A DNA stretch of 64,000 nucleotides from Candidatus Eiseniibacteriota bacterium (GTDB lineage: Bacteria > Eisenbacteria > RBG-16-71-46): positions 480,001 to 544,000 of the forward strand of contig CAVSAC010000012.1 in assembly GCA_963725865.1 (NCBI GenBank). Direction: 5' to 3'. The position numbers and the translations under genes were made by a program. Positions 27,684-37,199 of this stretch are shown one piece after another. The notes beneath the pieces were generated by a model that saw only the letters and a program-made list of their open reading frames with translations, did no database searches and was not told the origin of the DNA. The first letter of the stretch is position 1; every line of letters starts with the position of its first letter.

Positions 27684-28735
27684 GCCGACCTCTGCGCCAG
27701 GCCGAACGCGGTCGCGAACTGCGGTCCCGCGGTGCCGGAGGAATCCAGGCCGTGGAGCGACTCGAGCGGATTGAACAGCAGCACCGGGATGCCCAGCAGC
27801 TCCGAGAGCCGCGCCGCCAGCCCGGGCAGCCGTGCCGATCCGCCCGAGATGCGAAGCCGCAGCGGATCGGGCAGGCGCCCGACGGTGCGATAGAACGCGA
27901 ACGAGCGGCGCAGCTCCTCGGCGAGATCGCGCCGCAGGGTCTCGAGCACCGCGCGCATCTCGAGCGAGTCCCAGTCGACCCGGAAGCCCGGCGAATCGGC
28001 GCCGGCCGCGAGCTTCCATTCCTCCGCCTCGGCCACCGAGGAGCCGGTGCCCTCGGCGATCGCGCGCGTGATGGCGCGGCCCCCGAAGTCGATCCGGCGC
28101 GCGAAATACGGCTCGCCCTTCTGCCACAGCGTCAGATGGGACGCGGTGTGGCCGAGGTCGAGCAGCGCCACCGGCTCGCGATCCTTCTCGGACTGCGTGG
28201 ACGCGAGCGCGTTGGTGAGCGCCAGCGGGGCCGCGTCCACGATGTCCGCCTCGAGGCCGAGCAGCTTGAGCGGTGCGCACGCGCGATGCAGGCGTTCCTG
28301 CGAGACCGCGGCCAGCAGGACTTCGAGCTTCTTCTCGACCGGGTAGCGGGCGACGATCTGGAAGTCGAGCACCATGCCCTGCGGATCGAACGGCAAGTGC
28401 TTGCGCGCCTCGAACCGCAGCGCCGGCCCGACCTCGGCGTCGTCGAGCAGCGGCAGCGAGATCTGCTTGAGGATGACGTCGGGGCCCGTGACGGCCAGCG
28501 AGACGCCGCGCAGCCCACGTGCCGAGAGCCCGGCCTGGCCGAGCGCGTCCGAGATCGCGCGCGCCACGACCTCGGGCGCGTGCGGACGTTCGCCGTCCCC
28601 GTCCTGGCCGGGGAGTGGCAACTCGGCGAGCCAGTGGCGCGCGGCGACCACCCCACCCTGCAGGGCGAGCACCTTGACGCTGTAGGCACCGACATCGAGC
28701 CCGACCCACGGCCGGCTGCGGAGGCCAGCCCTCAT
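27680..28735 (-). CDS. pilM: Type IV pilus assembly protein PilM (actin-like)
   Basis: VGLDVGAYSVKV, EARKHLPF, LLDLG, FGGRAIT, ISGGSARLPGL, ATAFGLA. Confidence 0.93.
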   Translation of the reverse strand: MRAGLRSRPWVGLDVGAYSVKVLALQGGVVAARHWLAELPLPGQDGDGERPHAPEVVARAISDALGQAGLSARGLRGVSLAVTGPDVILKQISLPLLDDAEVGPALRFEARKHLPFDPQGMVLDFQIVARYPVEKKLEVLLAAVSQERLHRACAPLKLLGLEADIVDAAPLALTNALASTQSEKDREPVALLDLGHTASHLTLWQKGEPYFARRIDFGGRAITRAIAEGTGSSVAEAEEWKLAAGADSPGFRVDWDSLEMRAVLETLRRDLAEELRRSFAFYRTVGRLPDPLRLRISGGSARLPGLAARLSELLGIPVLLFNPLESLHGLDSSGTAGPQFATAFGLAQRSA

Positions 28736-28748
28736 CGTCCTTGATTCC

Positions 28749-30073
28749 TCATGGGGTCTTATCCTGCCACGTTCCAGCGATCATGTTGAAACGGGCGCCG
28801 ACGGTGCTGCTGCCGGGCAAGGCATCGTGGTCTTTGAGCCAGTCGATCGGTTGTTCGGCGACCGAGGAGTACTGGAGCTTGAACCAGATTCCGCTCGGCG
28901 TCGGCGGCGGCCAAGGCGGTGGGCCCGAAACCACGTCGTAGTAGTGAGGGCTGGGAGGCTCCAGTCCCGCACAGACGATCGAGGTGTTGTACGCGTAGCC
29001 GGTGTTGGTCGCTGGACTGCTGATGCGATCCAGGTAGACGACTCCGTCGCTGACGATGATCACGGTGATCGGCGTGCCCGTCGTATCCACTTGGATGAAG
29101 TCCTGCGTCAGAATGCCGGCATCCGGTCGTCGCCGGGAGTCGCGTCCATTGCGCCCCGCGACGATCACCAGCGTCGGATTCGTGCCCTCACCGTTGACTG
29201 CCAGATCGGCCATCCAGACGCAATCCGCGCGCGAGCAGCCAGACGGCGTTACCCTTCACCTTGATCCTGAGACTGCTGTGGGTCGACCGGCGACCAGAGT
29301 CGTAGAAGCTGTACGCCCAGCCGTGCGGAGGCGTGATGTAGTACGCCAGACGTGCCGGGGCCTGGCGTCATCTCGAGACACGATCGGGTTACTCCCGAGG
29401 CGTCATGTGCTCGGGAGGCCCCGCGAGCGCGCTTTCGGCGGCGATGAAGCTGGACGACGTCGGGCGTCGTCACGCTGTCGAATCGCACCACCCGGTGAAG
29501 CCGCCAAGCACCGGCTGCCACGAACGGTCGTGAGAGTTCTGCCAGACGTCCCCGTTCAGGAACATCGGTCCGGTTGAGCGAGTCATGCCGGCGGGGTATC
29601 CCGAGGCTCGCAAGGGGATCACGCATGCCGCTCGACGACGTGATGAGCCGCTTGTACTGGTCCTCCCTGAGCTCGGGCACGAACCACGCCACGTACGCCT
29701 GCGTCGAGTTTCCGCGACTCGCACGCACACGCAGCATTACCTGCCCGCCCCAGCTCACGGGCCCCGCCGTGTTCCCGGCCTGCCAGGCGATCGTCGAGTC
29801 CACTCCCGCGGGCAGATTGCTCTGCACGCTCTCCAGTCGATAGGGCGACACCGTGAGCATGTATTTCGCGCGCTCGAATCCGCTCATCGCGTCGTTGTAG
29901 GCCTGCTGCTCCTGCATCGCCTGGCGCATGAACTGGGCTTCGTAGCTCGACAGGCTGAACACCGAGAGGCCCAGGATGGTCAGCGCCATCACGAAGATCA
30001 CCACGCCGACCAGCACGAAGCCTTCGGACTGCGGCGCGTCGACCGCGCACGGGAGGACCCGGGGCGCTCTCAT
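28749..30073 (-). pseudogene. PilX-like minor pilin broken by several frameshifts (possibly assembly error)
   Basis: N-terminus SEG|FVLVGVVIFVMALTILGLS...QAYNDAMSGFE (no E5). Protein-like text hops frames between about 29640 and 29200 (GPMFLNGDVWQN, VVRFDSVTTPDV, LRIKVKGNAVWLL, PTLVIVAG) and ends ARFNMIAGTWQDKTP* at 28749. Confidence 0.65.
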
Positions 30074-30588
30074 GGCTGGGTCGGCGGGTTGTTTGGCAGG
30101 TAGAGCCCCGAGGTCACGCCGACGTGCTGATCCTCGGGAGAGCACATGCGCAGCTCGAACCGCACGTAGGACGTGTCGACGTTCGTCACGAACCTGAACC
30201 GTTCGACCTGCGACACCTGCAGCGGTCCGCGGTCGCCACTTCCGTCCCGCTCGAAGTGCACACGCTGGTCGCCGGCGCTCCACCAGTAGTGGTAGGTGTT
30301 GGTTCCCGCGCTGGTCGGCACGAAGAACGTCACGGACTGCAGGCTGTCGCCCTGCACGTCGGTGACCACCACCTGATTCGCCCCGCGCGCGCGTTCGGTG
30401 AGGTCGGTCACGAGCTGCGTGACCTCACGCTGGGTCACCGCCTGGCTCGACGAATCGAGCCACACTCCCTGCGAGCTCATGTAAAAGCCCACCAGCCCGA
30501 TCATGACCACGCTCGCGAGCACGGTTGCGACCGTGAGCTCGGTGAGTGTCACGCCGCGTTCGGGATGTCGTGACGGGGGAGGGGTCAT
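30070..30588 (-). CDS. Minor pilin, PilW-like
   Basis: Class III signal ERG|VTLTELTVATVLASVV; ATGA overlaps with both neighbours. Confidence 0.8.
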   Translation of the reverse strand: MTPPPSRHPERGVTLTELTVATVLASVVMIGLVGFYMSSQGVWLDSSSQAVTQREVTQLVTDLTERARGANQVVVTDVQGDSLQSVTFFVPTSAGTNTYHYWWSAGDQRVHFERDGSGDRGPLQVSQVERFRFVTNVDTSYVRFELRMCSPEDQHVGVTSGLYLPNNPPTQP

Positions 30589-31049
30589 GGTGCTTTCGGG
30601 ATCAGTCGAGTGATGGTGATGGTATCGACCTCGCGGCCGGTCCCGTGAACGACGAACAACGTGAGTAGCTTGAGGTCCTGCGACGTGCTGGTGGTCGCTG
30701 GATCGTCGTACCAGTCCACCGTCCACTGCGAACTACCGCTCGCCACACCCGGAACGGAGAAGGGGATCGGAGTGCCCGGATAGGGCCCGCCGACCCTCAG
30801 ACTGTCGCTGTCCGGTCGCGTCGCGACGAGCCGCTCGATCAGCGACATCTGCCGCTGGGCCTCGCCCAGCGCCGCGCGCTTCCCGGCATACCGGTCGATG
30901 AGTCCGTGACCGAGGCCGAACGAATACGCGAGACCGATGACCGCCACGATGGCGATCAAGGCCGCGACCATCGCCTCCATGAGCGAGAACCCGCGCTCAT
31001 GCGCGCGAGGCGCCCGGTGGGCGCCCCGCGCCATGTCGGTCGTCGTCAC
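30585..31049 (-). CDS. Minor pilin, PilV-like
   Basis: ERG|FSLMEAMVAALIAIVAVIGL; start 31049 (GTG) or 31034 (ATG). Confidence 0.8.
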   Translation of the reverse strand: MTTTDMARGAHRAPRAHERGFSLMEAMVAALIAIVAVIGLAYSFGLGHGLIDRYAGKRAALGEAQRQMSLIERLVATRPDSDSLRVGGPYPGTPIPFSVPGVASGSSQWTVDWYDDPATTSTSQDLKLLTLFVVHGTGREVDTITITRLIPKAP

Positions 31050-31056
31050 GTTCGGT

Positions 31057-31455
31057 TCAGCGGCTGAAGTTGCCGCCTCCGATGCGGGTGAAGAAGTACG
31101 ACACCGAATCCCCCGGCGAGCCGATCGCCGCGGCGGTGACCGTGAAGCCGGAAGTGTCGCCCTGCGTGACCTGGAAAATCCACTTGGCCTCGGCCTCGGG
31201 GATGTCGAGCAGCCGCTGGCTCTTGAGCGTGCCCAGATCGGGGGCGTAGGTCCCGGGGCCGGCGATGGCGCTCTTCTGGTAGTACGCCTGCTGCGCGCTC
31301 ACGATCGCGCCGATGGCGCCCTTGGCCTCGGTGAGCTTCGCGTCGCGGACGTAGTTGATGTAGAGCGGCACCGCGACCGCCGCCAGGATCGCGACGATGA
31401 CGATCACCACCATCAGCTCCATCAGCGTGAAGCCCTTCTGATTCTTCCTGCGCAT
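31057..31455 (-). CDS. pilA: Type IVa major pilin
   Basis: MRRKNQKG|FTLMELMVVIVIVAILAAVAVPLY...AKLTEAK; strong GAGGAG RBS. Confidence 0.9.
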   Translation of the reverse strand: MRRKNQKGFTLMELMVVIVIVAILAAVAVPLYINYVRDAKLTEAKGAIGAIVSAQQAYYQKSAIAGPGTYAPDLGTLKSQRLLDIPEAEAKWIFQVTQGDTSGFTVTAAAIGSPGDSVSYFFTRIGGGNFSR

Positions 31456-31592
31456 GGGTCCTGATCTCCTCGTTGTGGGGTCCCGGCGTACCGGTCACTG
31501 CCGGATCCAGACCACCCGGGCCCGATCCGTCACCGCGCCACGATAGCAGAGCGAGCGCAACCTCCGTGCGGCGCGCGCCCCCAATGAACGTC

Positions 31593-32855
31593 CTAGTGTC
31601 CCAGCATCCCGGCCTTCATCGCCTGGCCGAGGTTGAAGATGGGCAGGTACAGCGCGATCAGCATGATCCCGATGATGCCGCCCAGCACCACGATCGCGAT
31701 CGGCTCGACCAGCGAACTCATGCCCTCGACGGCCGCGCTGACCCGCTGCTCGTAGAAGTCGGCGGTGCGCGAGAGCATGGAGTCGAGCTTGCCGGTCTCC
31801 TCGCCAGTGGCCGTCATCTGGACCACCATCTCGGGGAAGACCCCGGAATCGGTCATGGCCTTCGAGAGCGCCACGCCTTCCTCGACGCGGACCCGTACGA
31901 AGTCGATGCCCTGCTCCAGCACCTTGTTCCCCGGCACGGGCCGCATGACTTTGAGGGCGTACAGGATCTGGGTGCCGCTCGAGGTCAGGATGCCCAGGGT
32001 CCGGGCGAACTTGGTAACCGCGTACATTCTGATGAGGTTCCCGAACACGGGCAACCGGAACTTCGCCCGGTCCACCGCCAGGCGGCCGGGCTCGGTCTGG
32101 GCCCAGTACCACAGCGCGACCCCGGCGATCAGGGTCAAGGGCGCCACCAGCAACAGGTTGTCCGTGATCAAGCGGCTCGCGCCCAGCAGCACCCGGGTGG
32201 GCAGCGGCAGGGGGACCCGGAACCGGTCGTAGATGCTCGCGAACATCGGGATGATCTTCAGCAGCATGGCCAGCAGCACGACCCCGGCGAACGTCAGCAC
32301 GAACGTGGGGTAGCGAAGCGCCGCCTCCACCTTGAGCCGCAGGGCCTCGGCCTTCTCGAAATAGGTCGCGGTCTGGTCGAGGATGCTGTCGAGCGTGCCG
32401 CTCACCTCACCGGTGTTCACCAGGCTCACGAACACCTCGTCGAACGCCTCGGGGTGGCGCCCGAGCGCGGTCGAGAGCGACTCGCCCTTCTGCACCTCGT
32501 CGGCCACCTGCCCGATCAACGTCGCCAGCCGGCGGTCGTAGTGATCGCGGCTGATCGAACGCAGCGAGCGCACCAGCGGCAGCCCGGCGCCGATCATGGT
32601 CGAGAGCTGGCGCGCGAACAATGCGACCGAGCCCGGCTGGATGCGGGCGCGCATGCGCACGAACGCTTCGGCGAACGGGCGCAGCACCTCGGCGCGCGCC
32701 GCCCGCGCTCCGGAGGGCGCGCGCGACTCGATGTAGATCGGCACCAGGTGGGCGTGCTCGAGGATGCGCAACACCTCCTCCTCGGAGGCTGCGACCTCGA
32801 CGCCTTCGTGCGGCCGCCCGTTGGCATCACGGGCTCGGTAGAAATAGGAGGGCAT
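31593..32855 (-). CDS. pilC: Type IV pilus platform protein (PilC/GspF)
   Basis: FARQLSTMIGAGLPL, GEVSGTLD, ALRYP, GEETGKLD, LVEP, LYLPIF. Confidence 0.95.
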   Translation of the reverse strand: MPSYFYRARDANGRPHEGVEVAASEEEVLRILEHAHLVPIYIESRAPSGARAARAEVLRPFAEAFVRMRARIQPGSVALFARQLSTMIGAGLPLVRSLRSISRDHYDRRLATLIGQVADEVQKGESLSTALGRHPEAFDEVFVSLVNTGEVSGTLDSILDQTATYFEKAEALRLKVEAALRYPTFVLTFAGVVLLAMLLKIIPMFASIYDRFRVPLPLPTRVLLGASRLITDNLLLVAPLTLIAGVALWYWAQTEPGRLAVDRAKFRLPVFGNLIRMYAVTKFARTLGILTSSGTQILYALKVMRPVPGNKVLEQGIDFVRVRVEEGVALSKAMTDSGVFPEMVVQMTATGEETGKLDSMLSRTADFYEQRVSAAVEGMSSLVEPIAIVVLGGIIGIMLIALYLPIFNLGQAMKAGMLGH

Positions 32856-32861
32856 GTCGCC

Positions 32862-34586
32862 TTACGCGTCGTCGGCGAGGGTCGCGGCGCGCACCTCGTC
32901 GATCGTGGTGACTCCGTCGAGGATCTTGCGGATACCGCTCTTGCGGAGCGTCATCAGCCCCTCGGCCATCGCCTTCAGCTTGATCTGGTCCTCGGTCAGC
33001 CCGTCCAGCACCATGCGCCGGATCGGCTTGTGCAGCTCCATCACCTCGAACACCGCGGTGCGGCCGGAGTAGCCGGTCTGCTTGCACGCGATGCACCCGC
33101 GCCCGCGCGCGAGCGGACGGCCCTTGAGCAGCGTGGCGTCCTCGCCCATCACGGCGAGCTGCTCGGGATCGGGGATCACCGTCTCGCGGCACCGATCGCA
33201 CACGCGGCGTACGAGGCGCTGCGCCATCACGAGTGTCACCGCCGAGCCCACCAGGTAGCGCGGCACGCCCATGTCGACGAGCCGCGTCACGGTGCCGGCG
33301 GCGTCGTTGGCGTGCACGGTCGAGAGCACCAGGTGGCCGGTGAGCGCGCTCTTGACCGCGATGTCGGCGGTCTCGGCGTCGCGGATCTCGCCGATCATGA
33401 TCACGTCCGGGTCCTGGCGCAGGATCGAGCGCAGCGCGCGCGCGAACGTCATCCCGACCTTGTGGTTCGCGTGGACCTGGTTGACCGCCTCGATGTGGTA
33501 CTCGATCGGGTCCTCGACCGTGACCAGATTCTTGTGGACGCTCTTGATCTCGTTGAGCGCCGCGTAGAGCGTCGTGGTCTTGCCGCTTCCGGTCGGGCCC
33601 GAGATCAGGATCATGCCGTAGGGCTGGCGGATGGCGCGCTGGAACGCGTCGAGCGCGCCGCCCTCGAGACCCAGGTTGGCGACCACGCGACTGAACGCGC
33701 CCTTGTCGAACAGACGCAGCACCACCTTCTCGCCGAAGGCGGTCGGCAGCGTCGAGACGCGGATGTCGACCTCGCGGTCGGGCAGGTGCACCGTGAGGCG
33801 CCCGTCCTGCGGCAGCAGGCGCACGGCGATGTCGAGGTCGGCGAGCACCTTGATACGCGACGTGATCGCCATCTGCAGGTGCTTCGGCGGCTTCATGGTC
33901 TCGTGCAGCACGCCGTCGATGCGGAAGCGCACGGTGATGCGGTCGCGCAGCGGCTCGACGTGGATGTCGCTCGCCCGCGAGTCGATCGCCTCGGCCAGCA
34001 TGAGGTTGACCAGCCGCACGACCGGGGCGTCCTCGACCTGCTGGCGCAGGGTGGCGAGGTCGACGTCCTCGTCGCCCTCGCCGGACGCCGTGAGGTCGAG
34101 CTTGTCGAGGATCTCGCCGACCTTCTCGGTGGCGCGGATCTCCTGGTAGAACTCCTCGACCGCCTCGTGCACCTCGCTTGGCTTGGCGATCAGCACCTTG
34201 AGCGTGCACCCGGTGATGGCCCGCAGGTGGTCGAGCGACACCACGTCGAGCGGATCGCCGACCGCGACCACCAGCGTGTCGCCTTCGCGATTGAGCGCGA
34301 GCAGGTTCGCCTGGCGCGCGAGGTGCTCGGGGATCAGCTGCACCGCGCTCGGCTCGGCCTTCGACAGCATGTCGGCGCCGGCCACCGCGAGCGAGAACTG
34401 CTCGCCGAGGAAGCGGACCACGTCTTCCTCGGTCAGGATGCCGAGCCGCACCAGCGTCTGGCCGAGCCGCTCGCGCGGGTCGGAGCGGGCGTGGAGCACC
34501 TGCTCGAGCTGGTCCGCGGTGAGCCGCCCGCGGTCCACCAGCAGCTCGCCGAAGCGGCGCGTCGAGAGCCGGAAGGACTGGGTCAT
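32862..34586 (-). CDS. pilB: Type IV pilus extension ATPase with N-terminal MshEN domain
   Basis: RASDIHVEP, LPQDGR, GPTGSGKTTT, TVEDPIE, LRQDPDVIMIGEIRD, TGHLVLSTVH; tetracysteine CDRC...CIAC. Confidence 0.95.
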   Translation of the reverse strand: MTQSFRLSTRRFGELLVDRGRLTADQLEQVLHARSDPRERLGQTLVRLGILTEEDVVRFLGEQFSLAVAGADMLSKAEPSAVQLIPEHLARQANLLALNREGDTLVVAVGDPLDVVSLDHLRAITGCTLKVLIAKPSEVHEAVEEFYQEIRATEKVGEILDKLDLTASGEGDEDVDLATLRQQVEDAPVVRLVNLMLAEAIDSRASDIHVEPLRDRITVRFRIDGVLHETMKPPKHLQMAITSRIKVLADLDIAVRLLPQDGRLTVHLPDREVDIRVSTLPTAFGEKVVLRLFDKGAFSRVVANLGLEGGALDAFQRAIRQPYGMILISGPTGSGKTTTLYAALNEIKSVHKNLVTVEDPIEYHIEAVNQVHANHKVGMTFARALRSILRQDPDVIMIGEIRDAETADIAVKSALTGHLVLSTVHANDAAGTVTRLVDMGVPRYLVGSAVTLVMAQRLVRRVCDRCRETVIPDPEQLAVMGEDATLLKGRPLARGRGCIACKQTGYSGRTAVFEVMELHKPIRRMVLDGLTEDQIKLKAMAEGLMTLRKSGIRKILDGVTTIDEVRAATLADDA

Positions 34587-35710
34587 CGACCGCCCTCCGC
34601 CGAGCGCACCGGCAGCGGCGCGATCCGATAGGCGCGCCGCTGCACCGCCGCGCGCTTCTCCGAGTCGTCGAAGTACGGGTGCGCGGTCTCGAACGCCACG
34701 AGGCCGCGGTCCACCAACTCGGTGAGCGAGTCGTCGAGCGTGACCATGTCGTCCTTGAGGCTGGTCGCGATCACGTTCTGCACCTGGTGGATCTTGTCCT
34801 CGCGGATCAGGTTCGCGATCGGCTGGCTCACGAACATCACCTCGCGCGCCGCCACGCGCCCCTTGCCGTCCGCGCGCGGGAGCAGCACCTGCGAGATGAC
34901 CGCGCGCAGCGTGAGCGACAATTGCGAGCGCACCTGCGACTGCTGGTGGGGCGGGAACGCGTCGATGATGCGCGTCACGGTCTGCGAGGCCGACTGCGTG
35001 GCCATCGTCGAGATCACGAGGTTGCCGGTCTCAGCCGCGGTCAGGGCGATCGCCATGCTGGTGAGGTCGCGCATCTCGCCCACGAAGATGATGTGCGGCA
35101 ACTGGCGCAGCGCGCCGCGCAGGCCGCGCGCGTACGAGCGAGTGTCGGTGCCCACCTCGCGCTGGTCGATGACCGCGTTCTTGGCCTCGAACATGAACTC
35201 GATCGGATCCTCGACGGTCACGATGTGCCGGCGCGCTCCGCCCTGGTTCACCTGCTCGAGCAGCGAGGCGATGGTGGTGGACTTGCCGGCTCCGGTCGGA
35301 CCGGTGACCAGCACCAGGCCGCGCGTCAACGCGAGCACGCGGTTGACCACGTGCGCCGCGAGCCCCAGCTCCGCCGGCAGCGGGATGCGCATCGGCACGA
35401 TGCGCAGCGCCGCGCCCCAGTGGCCGCGCTGGATGAACAGGTTGACGCGGAAGTGCGCAAGCCCCGGCAGCACGTAGCGGGTGTCCAGCTCGAGGTCGCG
35501 CAGGAAGCGCTCATGCAGGGCGGGGGTGAGGAACGACTCCCCGAGGCGACGCGCGTCGACCGGCGTGAGCACCGCCGAGCCGGGCATCGGCTGCAGCGCG
35601 CCCGCGACCGTCATCATGACCGGGTGACCCGCGGTCAGGATGAGGTCCGACGCGCCGAGTTCGACCGCCCGGCGCAGGATCGCATCGCGTTCGAGAGGAA
35701 GCCCGCTCAT
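34583..35710 (-). CDS. pilT: PilT/PilU-family retraction ATPase with degenerate His box
   Basis: FRVNLF, GPTGAGKSTT, TVEDPIEF, QREVG, VGEMRD, ANLIRE; the His box reads TGNLVISTMAT. Confidence 0.85.
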   Translation of the reverse strand: MSGLPLERDAILRRAVELGASDLILTAGHPVMMTVAGALQPMPGSAVLTPVDARRLGESFLTPALHERFLRDLELDTRYVLPGLAHFRVNLFIQRGHWGAALRIVPMRIPLPAELGLAAHVVNRVLALTRGLVLVTGPTGAGKSTTIASLLEQVNQGGARRHIVTVEDPIEFMFEAKNAVIDQREVGTDTRSYARGLRGALRQLPHIIFVGEMRDLTSMAIALTAAETGNLVISTMATQSASQTVTRIIDAFPPHQQSQVRSQLSLTLRAVISQVLLPRADGKGRVAAREVMFVSQPIANLIREDKIHQVQNVIATSLKDDMVTLDDSLTELVDRGLVAFETAHPYFDDSEKRAAVQRRAYRIAPLPVRSAEGGR

Positions 35711-35776
35711 CCGAGGTCCTGCCTGCCTGAGGGAGAGGATGAAGGCCGGCCGCGCAGTACGGAGGGCCCCTTCGGG

Positions 35777-35805
35777 TTATCGGCCACCCCATCGGCCACA
35801 CTTCA
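35777..35805 (-). promoter_or_regulatory. Possible sigma28-like promoter (TGAAG-N16-GCCGATAA) upstream of pilT
   Basis: Exact GCCGATAA -10 element about 66 nt upstream of the pilT ATG; the -35 element and spacing deviate from consensus. Confidence 0.3.
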
Positions 35806-36200
35806 GTCGACCCGATCCCCGCACCCCCGGCGGCGAGGATCGCCGACAGGCACTTCGCATCACCGGCTGGGGAACCGGTGCACGCGAATCAAGGGGCGGA
35901 GTCTAGGGGGGGCCGTCGCGGGTGTCAACGGGCGCGGTGAAAGCGCTTTCATCCCCGGCTCGCGAGGTTGCGGCGACCGCTGGACCGCCGCGTCCGGCGT
36001 CCGACGCGAGCACCGGGTCCGCGGGTCCTCCGCCCCGCGACGCATTGCAGTCCTGCGGTGCCCGCGTTGCGAATCGCGCGCGTTCTGCCGCCCGCCGGCA
36101 GTCGCTGCGTCGTCTGCCCCTGCCGTTCTCTGTCGCCAGACCGCGCGTTGCGCACGAGTTAGCGAGGCCCGCCGCATCTCCTGACGCCCCAAGCCCTGCG

Positions 36201-36216
36201 GGGCATGCTTCGTGCT
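36201..36216 (+). promoter_or_regulatory. Possible sigma54 -24/-12 promoter upstream of the FN3 operon
   Basis: GGGCATGCTTCGTGCT has GG-N10-GC spacing and resembles TGGCACG-N4-TTGC. Confidence 0.4.
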
Positions 36217-36395
36217 GCGCGGAGGCCGCGGCTCGTTCAAGTGGGATGCAGCCGACGTGACCGGTACGCGTCGCAGGCGCACCGGCCGCCCCCTCGGCGC
36301 CGCATGCTGCACCTTGGCTCGGAGTACAGCGGTGTCCGTGTGTGCACGCGGGTCCGGAACCCGTGCGCCGCCACACGGTGGGTCGGAGGGACGTC

Positions 36396-37199
36396 ATGAA
36401 AGTGCGCACGATTTTGCTCGTGGCCCTGGCCATGGGATGGATGGGAGTGGCGAACGTGCAGGCGCAGGTCACCCACAACAGCGTGACGTTGAACTGGACG
36501 ACCCCCGGTGACGACAGCCTGGTCGGCACCGCGGCCCAATTCGACATCCGCTACTCGACCAGTGCGATCACCGCCGCGAATTTCGCGGGCGCGACGCAGG
36601 CCACCGGCGAGCCCGCGCCCACCGCGCCGGGGACCCGGCAGACTTTCACGGTCACGAATCTCTCGGCGAACACGCAGTACTGGTTCGCGATCAAGACCGC
36701 CGACGAGGTGCCGAACTGGGCGGGGATCTCGAACGTGATCACGCGCACGACGCTCGCGGCGCCCGACCTGACGCGCCCCGCGGCGCTGGCGATCGTGGCC
36801 GGCAGCGCGACCGACTCCACGGTGACGCTCAACTGGACGGCGGTCGGCGACGACAGCCTCACGGGTACGGCGGCCTCGTACGACTTCCGCTACTCGACCA
36901 CCGCGATCACCGCCGCGAACTTCGCGAGCGCGACGCAGGTCACCGGCGAGCCCACGCCGGCCGTCGCGGGCACCGCGCAGTCGATGGTGGTGCGCGGGCT
37001 GAATCGCCAGGTGACGTACTGGTTCGCCGCCAAGGCCGTCGACGACGCCGGCAACCCGTCGGCGATCTCGAACGTCCCGAACGTCACGACGCCCGACTCG
37101 CTGGCGCCGGCGGCGATCCAGGACCTCGCGGCCTCCTTCGTGTGGTTCGGTTGGAACGCGGCCATGGACGTGCCGCGCCGCACGCGGGTGCGCGCATGA
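36396..37199 (+). CDS. Secreted protein with two tandem fibronectin type III-like domains
   Basis: ATG after GGAGGG; Sec signal MKVRTILLVALAMGWMGVANVQA; two repeats of SVTLNWT.PGDDSL.GTAA..D.RYST.AITAANFA.ATQ.TGEP.P...YWFA.K..D...N...ISNV. Confidence 0.85.
   Translation: MKVRTILLVALAMGWMGVANVQAQVTHNSVTLNWTTPGDDSLVGTAAQFDIRYSTSAITAANFAGATQATGEPAPTAPGTRQTFTVTNLSANTQYWFAIKTADEVPNWAGISNVITRTTLAAPDLTRPAALAIVAGSATDSTVTLNWTAVGDDSLTGTAASYDFRYSTTAITAANFASATQVTGEPTPAVAGTAQSMVVRGLNRQVTYWFAAKAVDDAGNPSAISNVPNVTTPDSLAPAAIQDLAASFVWFGWNAAMDVPRRTRVRA

Noticed and set aside
31557..31571. sigma54-like site upstream of pilA (minus strand CCGCACGGAGGTTGC)
   Set aside because: Good -12 TTGC and GCACG core, but the near-invariant -24 GG reads CG; not supportable without data.
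31473..34631. 1052-aa plus-strand ORF
   Set aside because: Antisense shadow of pilC and pilB.
35711..36395. c-di-GMP riboswitch or small CDS in the long intergenic region
   Set aside because: I could not find the GEMM core motifs by eye, and the track ORFs here lack RBS and protein-like composition; an Rfam scan is needed to exclude an RNA.
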